Shown in pieces: positions 31,377 through 41,557 of a DNA stretch of 64,000 nt. The notes under the pieces were generated by a model. That model saw nothing but the letters and a program-made list of their open reading frames with translations. It was not told where the DNA came from and made no database searches. This stretch comes from Terriglobia bacterium (GTDB lineage Bacteria; Acidobacteriota; Terriglobia; 2-12-FULL-54-10): positions 2,208,001 through 2,272,000 of the forward strand of contig CAXVYR010000004.1 of the NCBI GenBank assembly GCA_963666975.2, written 5' to 3'. The position numbers and the translations under genes are program-made. Numbering within the stretch: position 1 is the first letter of the stretch; each line of letters starts with the position of its first letter.

Positions 31377-33260
31377 ATGAAAAGCCAGTGGGTTTTTTAC
31401 TTTGCAGTAATGGCAGTGGCCATCTGGAGTGGACAGGGCCTTCTATGGGCCCAACAGGCGCCGGACACCATTCTCTACAATGGGAAGATCGTCACGGTGG
31501 ACGACCATGAAGTTAATGAGAACGTAGGCACGATCACTCAGGCTTTGGCCATCCGTGGCGATACGATCCTGGCCTTGGGAACCAACGCCCAGGTGCGGGC
31601 TTTGGCGGGCGGTAACACGAAATCCATTGATCTGAAGGGTCGGATGGTTATCCCCGGTTTAGCTGGCACGCACGATCACCCGATGGACTGGGATACGATC
31701 AATCCTCTGATCGTCAAAAAAGTGATCACCGATGATATGCACATTGAGCGGTTTTTGAACATTCATCCGGATGAGGTAATCATACAGTTTCCGCTGGTTT
31801 TGGATGAAGCGGTCCAGAAGGCCAAACCCGGTCAATGGATTCGAATCAGCGTGCTGTTTGGGAAAGAATATCGGTGGGGAGACCAGATCATGGATCTCTT
31901 CGGGCGCCAGATCAACAAGCAGATGCTGGATCTGGGGGCTCCCAACAATCCGGTGGAAGTTCGCGGGGGGTTTACCGGAATGGTGGTGAACCAAAATGCA
32001 ATTGACATTATCAGAGAGCACTACGCGGACCAACTGGCAAATTTTGTTGATCCCAATATCCCGCTGCCACAGGATATTGATGAAACAGGAGTCTGCGGCA
32101 CCTGCTATCGCTATCCGGAGCAGGACATTATTTACCCGCCGGAGGTGTTGCGGGAGCTCTACCGCCTGGGTTTGTCCTGGATGACAGGTTATGGGATGAC
32201 CTTGAACGGATCGAGCCTTTACACGGCCGGAGCCATTGCGGCTTACACATCGCTGGATGAGGCTGGAGAAATGGCTCAGCGCTTCGCTTGGGACTGGTAC
32301 TGGCCGCCACGAAAGGATTTCTTCCTGGATACCTATTTTGCTACCGCTGTGAGCGCGATGGTGGGGAAAGGATCCGATTACCTCTGGATGAACGGAGCAG
32401 TTCCTGCTCTGAATGGCCGGGCCTGCACTACCCTGCCAGGCACTTCTCCCGAAGTGAAAGAGCGGGAGCGGCGAGGCGGCTGCGCCTATGATCCGGACAC
32501 TGCCGCCGGCAGGCTGAATCGGCAAGTCTTGTATAGCTTCATCAAGGCGGGAGGGCGGTTGGCCGGCGATCATACCATCGGCGATAAGGACATCGACCAC
32601 ACGCTGGATATCATTGAGAAGGCCAGCCTCGACGCGGGGATGAGTTTGGAGCAGATTCGGGCCAAGCGGCATGCTTATGACCACATGGCGATGAGTCCCC
32701 GTCCGGATCAGGTCCCGCGGATCAAGCATCTGGGCATGCAAACCAGCGGCTGGGACATCTCCATTTGGGAAGGCAGAGGGCAACAGATCTTACGGGACTA
32801 CGGAGAGGAGGCGGCTCAATGGGTGGTCCCGCGGAAAAGCCTCCTCGATGCCGGAATCAGAAATAGTGTCGAGATTGACCGGCCCATTGGCTACACGAAC
32901 CTGACCTTCTTCCACGTCCTTTATTCCGGGATTACCCGGAAGGACCAAGACGGGGTAGTCACAGCGCCGCAACAGGCGGTGAGCCGGGAAGCCATGTTAA
33001 AGTCGGCAACGCTTTGGGGGGCTTATTACGGCAAACACGAGGATACGAATGGTTCGCTGGAACCAGGTAAGTTTGCCGACTTGACCGTGCTGGACCGGGA
33101 TTATCTGACTATCCCCGTGGAAGAAATTCTGAAGATCCGGGTCTTGATGACCCTAGTGGGAGGCAAAGTAGAACACTTGGCGCCATCGCTGGCGAAAGAG
33201 CTTGGCATGCAGCCTACCGGAGCTCAGGTGGAACTCGGTGGACCTGCCTCGCAATGGTGA
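31377..33260 (+). CDS. Exported YtcJ-like amidohydrolase, paralog B
   Basis: Signal ..LWA|QQ; THDHP; DHTIGD; GSLEPGKFADL; tail GAQVELGGPASQW. Confidence 0.88.
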   Translation: MKSQWVFYFAVMAVAIWSGQGLLWAQQAPDTILYNGKIVTVDDHEVNENVGTITQALAIRGDTILALGTNAQVRALAGGNTKSIDLKGRMVIPGLAGTHDHPMDWDTINPLIVKKVITDDMHIERFLNIHPDEVIIQFPLVLDEAVQKAKPGQWIRISVLFGKEYRWGDQIMDLFGRQINKQMLDLGAPNNPVEVRGGFTGMVVNQNAIDIIREHYADQLANFVDPNIPLPQDIDETGVCGTCYRYPEQDIIYPPEVLRELYRLGLSWMTGYGMTLNGSSLYTAGAIAAYTSLDEAGEMAQRFAWDWYWPPRKDFFLDTYFATAVSAMVGKGSDYLWMNGAVPALNGRACTTLPGTSPEVKERERRGGCAYDPDTAAGRLNRQVLYSFIKAGGRLAGDHTIGDKDIDHTLDIIEKASLDAGMSLEQIRAKRHAYDHMAMSPRPDQVPRIKHLGMQTSGWDISIWEGRGQQILRDYGEEAAQWVVPRKSLLDAGIRNSVEIDRPIGYTNLTFFHVLYSGITRKDQDGVVTAPQQAVSREAMLKSATLWGAYYGKHEDTNGSLEPGKFADLTVLDRDYLTIPVEEILKIRVLMTLVGGKVEHLAPSLAKELGMQPTGAQVELGGPASQW

Positions 33261-33416
33261 AACATCGCGGCGGGACCGCGCCGATTCAGCCGGTTTTGAA
33301 ATTTGAGTGCCAGCTAATTGTATGGCGATACTTGTCAGAACGAAGAGGCAATAGGCTGTTCTGACCGACAAGCACAGCACGGCTAACATTAACAATCCGA
33401 AAGGGTGGGTAAATGT

Positions 33417-35279
33417 ATGATGGGTCAATGGGTGTTGCGAATAGGAGTGCTGCTGGGAGTAATCTGGGCTGGAGGAGGTCTCCTCCGGGCCCAACAGACG
33501 CCGGATACGATTCTCTACAACGGGAAGATCGTTACGATAGACAACCATGAGGTCAATGGGGATTTAGGCACCATTGCTCAGGCACTGGCGATCCAGGACA
33601 ATGAGATCGTGGCTGTGGGAACCAACGCCCAGGTGCGTGCTTTGGCCGGCGGTAACACGAAATCCATCGACCTGAAAGGGCGGACTGTGGTGCCGGGTTT
33701 TGGCGGCACGCACGATCACCCCATGGACTGGGACACGATCAATCCGTCCATCGTAAAAAAAGTAGTCACCGACGACATGCACATTGAGCGGTTTTTGAAT
33801 GATTCTCCGGATGAGCAGTTGCGACAGTTTCCGCGGGTTTTAGAGGAAGCGGTACGGACGGCCAAACCCGGCCAATGGATTCGGATTAGTCTGCTGTTTG
33901 GCGAGGAATATCGGGGGGGGCCTGAGATTCGGCAGTTTTTTGGGAGGCAGATCAACAAGGAGATGCTGGACCTGGCGGCTCCCAACAATCCGGTGCAGAT
34001 CCGCGGCGGTTTTACCGGAATGGTGGTGAACCAAAGAGCGATTGACCTGACCAAACAGTTCTACGGGGATCAATGGGATGCGTTCGTCTGGAATCCGTAT
34101 GGAGAAGTTGAGAAAACAGGCGTCGGAGGCACCGCCTATCGGTGGTTGGAGCAGGACGTGCTCTACCCGCAGGAGGTCTTGCAGGAGATCTATCGCCTGG
34201 GTTTGTCCTGGATGGCGGGTTATGGAGTGACCCTGAACGCCTCGGGTCTTTACACGCCGGGAGCGGTTGCTGCCTACCATGCATTGGACGAGAGGGGAGA
34301 GCTGGCCATTCGAATGCCGTGGAGTTGGCAGTGGAGGCCGCGTCCTGATTTATGGTCCGATCCTTATTTTCCCAAGGTGATGGCCGGCATGTTGGACAAA
34401 GGGTCAGATCACCTCTGGCTGACCGGGTTGTGGCCTTCTGACAACGGGGCCGGTTGCTCCACTCTGCCCGGCACCTCTCCGGAGGTAAAAGAGCGGGAAG
34501 TTTGCCACTTCAGTCAGGATTATCGGAACGGGGAAACAGCCACGGCCTTGTACCATATGGTCAAGGCAGGCGGTCGATTAGCCGGGATACACACCGGCGG
34601 CGACAAGGACATCGATTACCTTCTCGACACCATTGAGAGGGCCAGCAAGGACGCCGGGATGAGTCTGGACCAGATTCGGGCCAAACGGCACGCGTATGAC
34701 CATATGGGGATGAGCCCTCGTAAGGACCAGATTGAACGGCTCAAGAATCTCGGTATGATCGTGGGCGGTTATAATATGCAACTCTGGGAAGGAGGAGGCG
34801 AGCGGTTGCTTGCGAATTACGGAGAGCAGGCGGTCGAATGGATGCAACCGCGGAAAGACCTCCTCGATGCGGGATTGATGAATAGCGTGGAGATCGACCG
34901 CCCCATTGGATACACCAATCTCACCTATTTCACCGTCCTCTATGCGGGCATTACCCGGAAGGATCAGAACGGCAAGATCTGGGGGCCGCGTCAGGCGATC
35001 GGTCGGGAAGCCATGTTAAAGTTCGCCTCGCTTGGCGGAGCTTATTACGCCAAACGCGAGGATAAGCTGGGGTCGCTCGAGCCCGGCAAGTGGGCCGACC
35101 TGGTCGTATTGGACCGCGATTATCTGACGATTCCCGTGGATGACATTCTAAATGTCAGGGTCCTGATGACTATGGTGGGAGGCAAGGTGGTGCACTTGGT
35201 TCCCTCCATGGCCCGAGAAAACGGGATGCAGCCCACCGGGGCGCAAGTGGAGCTCGGCGGGGCGGCGGCTCAATGGTAG
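33417..35279 (+). CDS. Exported YtcJ-like amidohydrolase, paralog C
   Basis: Signal ..LRA|QQ; THDHP; IHTGGD; GSLEPGKWADL; tail GAQVELGGAAAQW. Confidence 0.88.
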   Translation: MMGQWVLRIGVLLGVIWAGGGLLRAQQTPDTILYNGKIVTIDNHEVNGDLGTIAQALAIQDNEIVAVGTNAQVRALAGGNTKSIDLKGRTVVPGFGGTHDHPMDWDTINPSIVKKVVTDDMHIERFLNDSPDEQLRQFPRVLEEAVRTAKPGQWIRISLLFGEEYRGGPEIRQFFGRQINKEMLDLAAPNNPVQIRGGFTGMVVNQRAIDLTKQFYGDQWDAFVWNPYGEVEKTGVGGTAYRWLEQDVLYPQEVLQEIYRLGLSWMAGYGVTLNASGLYTPGAVAAYHALDERGELAIRMPWSWQWRPRPDLWSDPYFPKVMAGMLDKGSDHLWLTGLWPSDNGAGCSTLPGTSPEVKEREVCHFSQDYRNGETATALYHMVKAGGRLAGIHTGGDKDIDYLLDTIERASKDAGMSLDQIRAKRHAYDHMGMSPRKDQIERLKNLGMIVGGYNMQLWEGGGERLLANYGEQAVEWMQPRKDLLDAGLMNSVEIDRPIGYTNLTYFTVLYAGITRKDQNGKIWGPRQAIGREAMLKFASLGGAYYAKREDKLGSLEPGKWADLVVLDRDYLTIPVDDILNVRVLMTMVGGKVVHLVPSMARENGMQPTGAQVELGGAAAQW

Positions 35280-35309
35280 CCTTCGAGGCTTGGTTTTTTG
35301 CCTAACCGA

Positions 35310-35566
35310 AGAGGTTGTTGGAAAACTGGTGTATGGGTCCGCTTGCTAATCCCTCGGCTTCGCTCCCTTCGGCTATGCTCCCTTCGACTTCGCTCAGGGC
35401 AGGCAGGGCAGGCGCGCGCGGCTCTGCAACTGCAGCCCAATCAGCACGCCCATTCCGAGCCGCGATAGCCTGCCCCGAGCGAAGCCGAGGGGTGAGGGAG
35501 CGGACAAATGGCGTTTTTCAACAACCTTCTGCTTTTCAACAACCTTCTACTTTTCAACAACCTCCT
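35310..35566. mobile_element. MITE-like element with IS5-like ends, nested REP-like repeats and a triplicated right end
   Basis: AGAGGTTGTTGGAAAA at 35310; TTTTCAACAACCT(T/C)CT x3 at 35515, 35533 and 35551; internal inverted palindromic repeats. Confidence 0.7.
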
Positions 35567-35598
35567 AAATGCGGCAACACTTCCCGCGGAGTAAATTT

Positions 35599-37524
35599 AT
35601 GAACAGCCGGTCGGTTTTGCGACTTGTGGTGACGGCGTGGGCATTCTGGGCTGGAGCAGTCCTCCTCCATGCCCAACAGACGCCCGACACCATTCTCTAC
35701 AATGGCAAGATCGTCACCGTGGATGACCACAGTTTCAATTCCCGCTTGGGGACAATCGCGCAAGCGATGCATGTCCGGAATGGCAAAATCCTGCACCTGG
35801 GCAACGATGCGGAAATTCGTGCGATGGCAGGGGCCAACACCAGAGTAATGGATCTGAAAGGACGTACGGTGATTCCGGGGATCATTCTCACCCATGAACA
35901 TCCATACGATTGGGGGTCGGTTGACATCTATGCGCTGAAAAAATATCTCACCGACGACCAGGTTGTTGTCAGGATTCTGGAAGATAGTCCCCAGGAAAAT
36001 GTGAAGGCATTCCCTGGAGTGCTGGCGGAGGCTGTTTCGAAGGCGAAGCCTGGCCAGTGGATATACATTGTTATCACTTCTGGAAAGAACTTCGAATATC
36101 ACGCGATGAGCAACGGTGGTTTGGGACGCAGTTTGCTGGACCCCTCCCTGCGAATACCCGAAGAGATGCAAATCACAAAAGAACAATTAGACGCGGCGGC
36201 GCCCAATAATCCAGTCTATGTCGGTGGCTGGCTTTCGGTAACGGGTGTTCGTCGCGGAGAAGGGTTGAACCAGAGAGGGATTGAGGAAGCCGAGAAGGTG
36301 TTGCCCCCCGGCCCAGCCTACCAATCTGAGGAGATTAGCGGCCGCACCATTTTCGCAGAAGTGATTATGAAGGACTATTACCCGCAGCTCGTCCAGATCA
36401 TGCGGAGTGGTCTGGAGTGGTGGGCGGGATACGGGATGACGACCTATGCATCGCACCTCTATACCCCTTCCAATCTCAGGATCTGGCGGGAACTGGACCG
36501 CAAAGGACAGATGCCGGTCCGGAATATGTGGACCTTTCGATGGAACTCCGAGTACTTGCTTTCCGATCTATTTTTCATCACTGACATAGCTACCCGGTTA
36601 GGCGAAGGATCGGATTACTTCTGGAATGGAGGAGCGGCTTTTAGAACTCTCGGTGGCGGCGGTGACTGCACGTCTGCGCAGCCTGTGCCTTCCTCGAAAA
36701 TAATGCAGGAAGAGGAATTCGCTGCGGAAATGAGGGAACGCCGGCAAAGAAACTGCCGGTTCGCCCCCAACTCAAAGGAATTTGAGATCCTCGAGAAGTT
36801 TATCCGCGCGGGGGGACGGTTCGTGAATCTGCATACGACGGGAGACGGCACGGTGGACGGTATGCTGATGGCTATTGAACAGGCCAGTAAAGCCGCTGGC
36901 ATGACCGAGGAGGAGATTCGCGCCAAGCGGCATGGGGCGGACCATACGGTGATGTGGCCCCGGCCCGATCAGATTCCGGTTCTAAAACGGCTGGGTATGG
37001 TTGTCAGCAGTGATGGCTATGAGATTGTGATGGCCTCCCCGTCCGTTTTTGACCTTTACGGGGAACGATCTGCCAGGTGGGTTGCGCCCAAGAAAAGCCT
37101 CACGCAGGCAGGAATCTACAACTCTCTAGAGATAGATCGCCCCCTTCAGACGACTACAAACCTGACAATTTTCTCCGCCGGCATTGACCCGATCATCACG
37201 CGGAGAGCCTGGGATGGCAAGGTGTACGCACAAAATGAGGCGGTGGATCGGGAATCGGCTCTAAAGATCGCCACTTACTATGGAGCCTACTATGTCTTGC
37301 GGGAAAACGTCCTGGGTTCCCTGGAGCCGGGGAAATGGGCGGATATGCTTGTGCTCGACCGGGATTATCTGACCATTCCAGAGGATGACATCAGGAACAT
37401 CCGCGTTTTGATGACGATGGTAGGTGGAAAGGTCGTTCACCTGGTGCCCTCTCTGGCCCGAGAAATCGGGATAGAGCCGGCGGGGGCGCAGGTAGAACTC
37501 GGCGGTCCTGCGGCTCAATGGTGA
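35599..37524 (+). CDS. Exported YtcJ-like amidohydrolase, paralog D
   Basis: GGAG RBS, ATG 35599; THEHP; LHTTGD; tail GAQVELGGPAAQW. Confidence 0.88.
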   Translation: MNSRSVLRLVVTAWAFWAGAVLLHAQQTPDTILYNGKIVTVDDHSFNSRLGTIAQAMHVRNGKILHLGNDAEIRAMAGANTRVMDLKGRTVIPGIILTHEHPYDWGSVDIYALKKYLTDDQVVVRILEDSPQENVKAFPGVLAEAVSKAKPGQWIYIVITSGKNFEYHAMSNGGLGRSLLDPSLRIPEEMQITKEQLDAAAPNNPVYVGGWLSVTGVRRGEGLNQRGIEEAEKVLPPGPAYQSEEISGRTIFAEVIMKDYYPQLVQIMRSGLEWWAGYGMTTYASHLYTPSNLRIWRELDRKGQMPVRNMWTFRWNSEYLLSDLFFITDIATRLGEGSDYFWNGGAAFRTLGGGGDCTSAQPVPSSKIMQEEEFAAEMRERRQRNCRFAPNSKEFEILEKFIRAGGRFVNLHTTGDGTVDGMLMAIEQASKAAGMTEEEIRAKRHGADHTVMWPRPDQIPVLKRLGMVVSSDGYEIVMASPSVFDLYGERSARWVAPKKSLTQAGIYNSLEIDRPLQTTTNLTIFSAGIDPIITRRAWDGKVYAQNEAVDRESALKIATYYGAYYVLRENVLGSLEPGKWADMLVLDRDYLTIPEDDIRNIRVLMTMVGGKVVHLVPSLAREIGIEPAGAQVELGGPAAQW

Positions 37525-37640
37525 GCGTCAGGGTGGCGCCGTGACCTTTGCTGTCACGATCCGCCGGACAGGCGGCAGCGGCCTTCCGCTTCGCTTGCCT
37601 TTCTTATTTAATCTTCTGAAAATAACCGTGGGGTGAATTG

Positions 37641-39503
37641 ATGAAAACTCGATGGATTTTGCGACTGGCAGTGACGGCATGGGTAATCTGGGCCGGAGAG
37701 GGCCTCCTCCGGGCCCAACAGACGCCCGATACCATTCTTTACAATGGGAAGATCGTTACGGTGGACAACCATGAGGTCAATGAGCAGTTAGGCACTGTCA
37801 CCCAGGCTCTGGCCATCACAGGCGATACGATTGTGGCCGTGGGAGACAACTCTCGAATTCGAGCTATGGCTGGCCCCAGCACCAAGAGCATTGATCTGAG
37901 GGGACGGACGGTGGTGCCGGGCTTTAGCGGCACGCACGATCACCCCATGGACTGGGACACGATCAATCCGTTCATCGTAAAAAAAGTAGTCAGCGATGAC
38001 ATGCACATTGAGCGGTTTTTGAATGTTGCTCCGGATGAGGCATTGCAACAGTTTCCGCAGGTTTTAGAGGAAGCGGTACGGACGGCCAGACCCGGCCAAT
38101 GGATTCGGATTAGTCTGCTTTATGGAAAGGAATATCGCTGGGGAAGTCAGATCATGGCGTTTTTCGGGCGGCAGATTAACAAGCAAATGCTGGATCTGGC
38201 TGCACCCGACAATCCGGTGGAAATTCGCGGCGGTTTTATTGGATTGGTGTTGAACCAAAGAGCGATTGAGCTGACCAAGGCGCACTATGGGGACCAATGG
38301 GATAAGTTTGTCTGGAATCCCTATGGTGACATTGAGAACACAGGAACCGGAGCCACCGCCTATAGGTGGTTGGAACAGGATGTGCTCTATCCGCCCGAGG
38401 TCTTGCAGGAGATCTATCGGCTAGGTCTGTCCTGGATGGCGGGCTATGGGGTGACGCTGAACGCATCGGGTCTTTACACCCCCGGAGCCGTTGCCGCCTA
38501 CCGCGCATTGGACCAGGGAGGGAAAATGGCTATCCGAGTCCCCTGGAGCTGGCAGTGGAGGCCGCGCCCTGACTTCTGGTCCGATCCATATCTTCCGGAG
38601 GTGATGGCAACCATGGTGGGAAGCGGGTCGGACCACCTCTGGCTGAATGGACTGTGGCCCTCAGACAACGCCTCGAGTTGTTCCACACTGCCCGGTACCT
38701 CCCCGGAGGTGAAGCAGCGGGAAGTCTGCCACTTTGGTTCTGACTTTCGCGACGGTGAGAATGCGGTAGCATTGTACAACATGGTCAAGGCGGGCGGCCG
38801 ATTAGCAGGGATACACACCGAGGCCGACAAGGATATAGACCTTATTCTGGACATCATCGAGAAGGCGAGCAAAGACGCCGGGATGACTTTGGACCAGATT
38901 CGGGCCAAGCGGCACGTCTATGACCATATGGGGATGAGTCCTCGGCCGGATCAGATCCCTCGGATCAAAAATCTGGGCATGATGACGGGCGGTTACAACA
39001 TGTTCCTTTGGGAAGGGGCAGGGGCGCAGGTGTTGAAGGATTACGGAGAACAGGCGGCTCAATGGGTGCAACCACGCAAGAGCCTCCTCAATGCCGGAGT
39101 GATGAATAGCGTAGAGATCGACCGGCCCATTGGATACACCGACCTGACTTACTTTACCGTCCTCTATGCAGGGATTACGCGGAAGGATCAAGACGGAAGG
39201 ATCATCGCGCCGAGTGAGGCCGTGAGCCGGGAAGCTATGCTGAAGTCGGCAACGATTTGGGGAGGGTACTACTCCAAGCGCGAGGATAAACTAGGGTCGA
39301 TCGAGCCCGGCAAGTGGGCTGACCTGGTCGTGCTGGACCGGGATTACCTGACCATTCCCGTGGACGACATTTTGAATATCCGGGTTTTGATGACCATGGT
39401 GGGAGGCGAGGTTGTGCACCTGGTGCCCTCCCTGGCCCGCGAAATCGGGATGCCGCCTGCTGGGGCGCAAGTGGAGCTCGGCGGGCTGGCGGCGCAATGG
39501 TAA
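37641..39503 (+). CDS. Exported YtcJ-like amidohydrolase, paralog E
   Basis: Signal ..LRA|QQ; THDHP; IHTEAD; tail GAQVELGGLAAQW. Confidence 0.88.
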   Translation: MKTRWILRLAVTAWVIWAGEGLLRAQQTPDTILYNGKIVTVDNHEVNEQLGTVTQALAITGDTIVAVGDNSRIRAMAGPSTKSIDLRGRTVVPGFSGTHDHPMDWDTINPFIVKKVVSDDMHIERFLNVAPDEALQQFPQVLEEAVRTARPGQWIRISLLYGKEYRWGSQIMAFFGRQINKQMLDLAAPDNPVEIRGGFIGLVLNQRAIELTKAHYGDQWDKFVWNPYGDIENTGTGATAYRWLEQDVLYPPEVLQEIYRLGLSWMAGYGVTLNASGLYTPGAVAAYRALDQGGKMAIRVPWSWQWRPRPDFWSDPYLPEVMATMVGSGSDHLWLNGLWPSDNASSCSTLPGTSPEVKQREVCHFGSDFRDGENAVALYNMVKAGGRLAGIHTEADKDIDLILDIIEKASKDAGMTLDQIRAKRHVYDHMGMSPRPDQIPRIKNLGMMTGGYNMFLWEGAGAQVLKDYGEQAAQWVQPRKSLLNAGVMNSVEIDRPIGYTDLTYFTVLYAGITRKDQDGRIIAPSEAVSREAMLKSATIWGGYYSKREDKLGSIEPGKWADLVVLDRDYLTIPVDDILNIRVLMTMVGGEVVHLVPSLAREIGMPPAGAQVELGGLAAQW

Positions 39504-39607
39504 GCGGCCAGAAGGGACAACCCCAACTGGAATTCCGCTTTGTCGGCCGCCGCTAGCGCTCGTCAGGTTCGGTTCGCACTCAGGTTTGAATAAGGAGGTA
39601 ATAATCC

Positions 39608-41557
39608 ATGAGAAAAATTTCTTTTTTGAACTGTTCGTTTTTCTTCGTCCTCGTTTTTCTTTTGCTGCCGGTGAAGGGAGCACAAGGGCAAAACGCTGCC
39701 GATTTAGCCAGGAAGCTGGAGCGGCTCCAGGCTTATCCGGAGTTGATCGTCGTCAACGGCAAGATATCCACCATGGATGAACGGCTTACCGAGGTGGAAG
39801 CTATGGCCGTTAAGAACACACGGATTCTGGCGCTGGGAAGCAATGATGATATCCAGTTTCTGGCCGGTCCGAACACGAGGGTGCTGGACGCGAAGGGGCG
39901 GAGGGTGTTGCCGGGCCTAATAGATGGTCACACTCATCCGCATCTTTGGGCCGTAGAGCACTGGCTCGGGGCGGAAGGAGATTTTACCTCCCAGAAATAC
40001 AACGACCCGCAGCTGAAGATCACCTACGCCAAGGGGAATGACGGGGCCGAAGTGTTGCAGTCGCTGGAACGGGCCGTTCGCCAGAGGGCCCAGGAATTAG
40101 GTCCCGGCAAGTGGATTTGGATCGGCTTGTTTGGGAAAAACACGCTCGTCGAATCCAGAGAGGTTGTCTACCCCCTCTTCCAGCGGGCAACCGGAGAACC
40201 GGGAACGATTACCCGAGAGTTTTTGGACACGCTGGCCCCCGACAACCCCCTGATGGTGTTTGGAAGCGAAGCCATCGGGCCGGCCGCCAACAATACCAAA
40301 GCCAAGGAGGAGATGGAAAAATATCTGGGCGTGGAAGTGAGGGGGTTGTCGGCCCGCAATTCGGTAACCTACGACATTCTGTTCCGCGGAAAAACAGAGG
40401 AAAAGCTGGACTTCCTCAAGCGCGAGTTGCTCGAATGCGTGGTGGCCCAAGGGATCACCACTTTTAGCAACCATTATTACAACTCCCCCTCCATTATGAA
40501 TATCTACCGTTTACTGTACGAACGGGACGAACTGCCCGTGCGGTGGGCTTGGTGGGTGGGCGGAGGCCTCGGCGCTAGCCGTGTGCAAAGTGATTCCTCC
40601 TTCAGCGCCCAATATCCCAGTCTCTTTTATAACGATCTGGGAGACTTCCGGGGAATCGGAAACGATTACATATGGAATGTCGGTGTTTCCAACGAAGGCT
40701 GGGAAGGCGGGATTTCGTGCACCAAAGCCACTTTGCCGGCTAACGCGCAAGCGCCTAGCTCCGGGATTGCCCGGGTGCATCGGGATGGCATTCTTCGCCC
40801 ATCCTGTTCCGAGCCGATTGACTATGACAATCAGCCGGGATACCGGCGGGTGAAGGCGGCAATGGAAGCCGGCCTGCGCATCGGGTTCCTGCACCATTAC
40901 AGCGATGGAACGTTCGATGCTTTATTTCACATGATCGAAGAGGCGATTGCCGAGGGTAAGATGACCCTGGAGCAGGTGCGAGCGCTTCGGATCAGCACGG
41001 AGCATACCCCGATGGTTCGCCCGGATCAGGTGGAGAAGATAGCCCGCTATGGGATCATGCCGGCTTTTAATGGTTACCAGGTTCAGGGGAACATTAAAGG
41101 TGGCGCGTTCCTGAAGGCCTTTGGCGAGCAATACATGAGCTGGATGGCGCCCATGAAGAGCCTGGTCGATGCCGGGGCGCATCCGGTGTTCAACACCGAT
41201 GCCCACTTGCATAAGGTTCCGATCGAATCCAAGGACATGGACTACCCGCCGCAGTGGGATGGCAACATCTGGGGGTTCATTGAATTTTTTGTAACCCGCC
41301 GGATGCCCCATGACGGGATCACTTACGCCAGCCAGGAGGCAATGGATCGGACTGCCCTGATGAAGGCGGCTACCATTTGGGGAGCTGAGCAGGTCCTGCG
41401 CGAGGACCACATTGGTTCGCTGGAGGTGGGAAAGCTGGCCGATTTTATCGTCATTGACAAGGACTACTTCGCAATTCCCGGAGACCAAATTGGCACCATC
41501 AAGACATTACTGACCGCCGTGGGTGGAAAGACAGTGTTCCAGGCTCCAAACTACTAA
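39608..41557 (+). CDS. Exported YtcJ-like amidohydrolase, divergent paralog F
   Basis: AAGGAGGT RBS; canonical PGLIDGHTHP; LHHYSD; ISTEH; FNTD; GSLEVGKLADF; lacks the AQW tail. Confidence 0.88.
   Translation: MRKISFLNCSFFFVLVFLLLPVKGAQGQNAADLARKLERLQAYPELIVVNGKISTMDERLTEVEAMAVKNTRILALGSNDDIQFLAGPNTRVLDAKGRRVLPGLIDGHTHPHLWAVEHWLGAEGDFTSQKYNDPQLKITYAKGNDGAEVLQSLERAVRQRAQELGPGKWIWIGLFGKNTLVESREVVYPLFQRATGEPGTITREFLDTLAPDNPLMVFGSEAIGPAANNTKAKEEMEKYLGVEVRGLSARNSVTYDILFRGKTEEKLDFLKRELLECVVAQGITTFSNHYYNSPSIMNIYRLLYERDELPVRWAWWVGGGLGASRVQSDSSFSAQYPSLFYNDLGDFRGIGNDYIWNVGVSNEGWEGGISCTKATLPANAQAPSSGIARVHRDGILRPSCSEPIDYDNQPGYRRVKAAMEAGLRIGFLHHYSDGTFDALFHMIEEAIAEGKMTLEQVRALRISTEHTPMVRPDQVEKIARYGIMPAFNGYQVQGNIKGGAFLKAFGEQYMSWMAPMKSLVDAGAHPVFNTDAHLHKVPIESKDMDYPPQWDGNIWGFIEFFVTRRMPHDGITYASQEAMDRTALMKAATIWGAEQVLREDHIGSLEVGKLADFIVIDKDYFAIPGDQIGTIKTLLTAVGGKTVFQAPNY

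Noticed and set aside
35515-35566. Three direct repeats as a mini CRISPR array
   Set aside because: 18-bp period with only 2-nt gaps, no spacers and no cas genes; they match the MITE end
31377-39503. Diversity-generating retroelement explaining paralog variation
   Set aside because: No reverse transcriptase and no adenine-specific TR/VR pair seen
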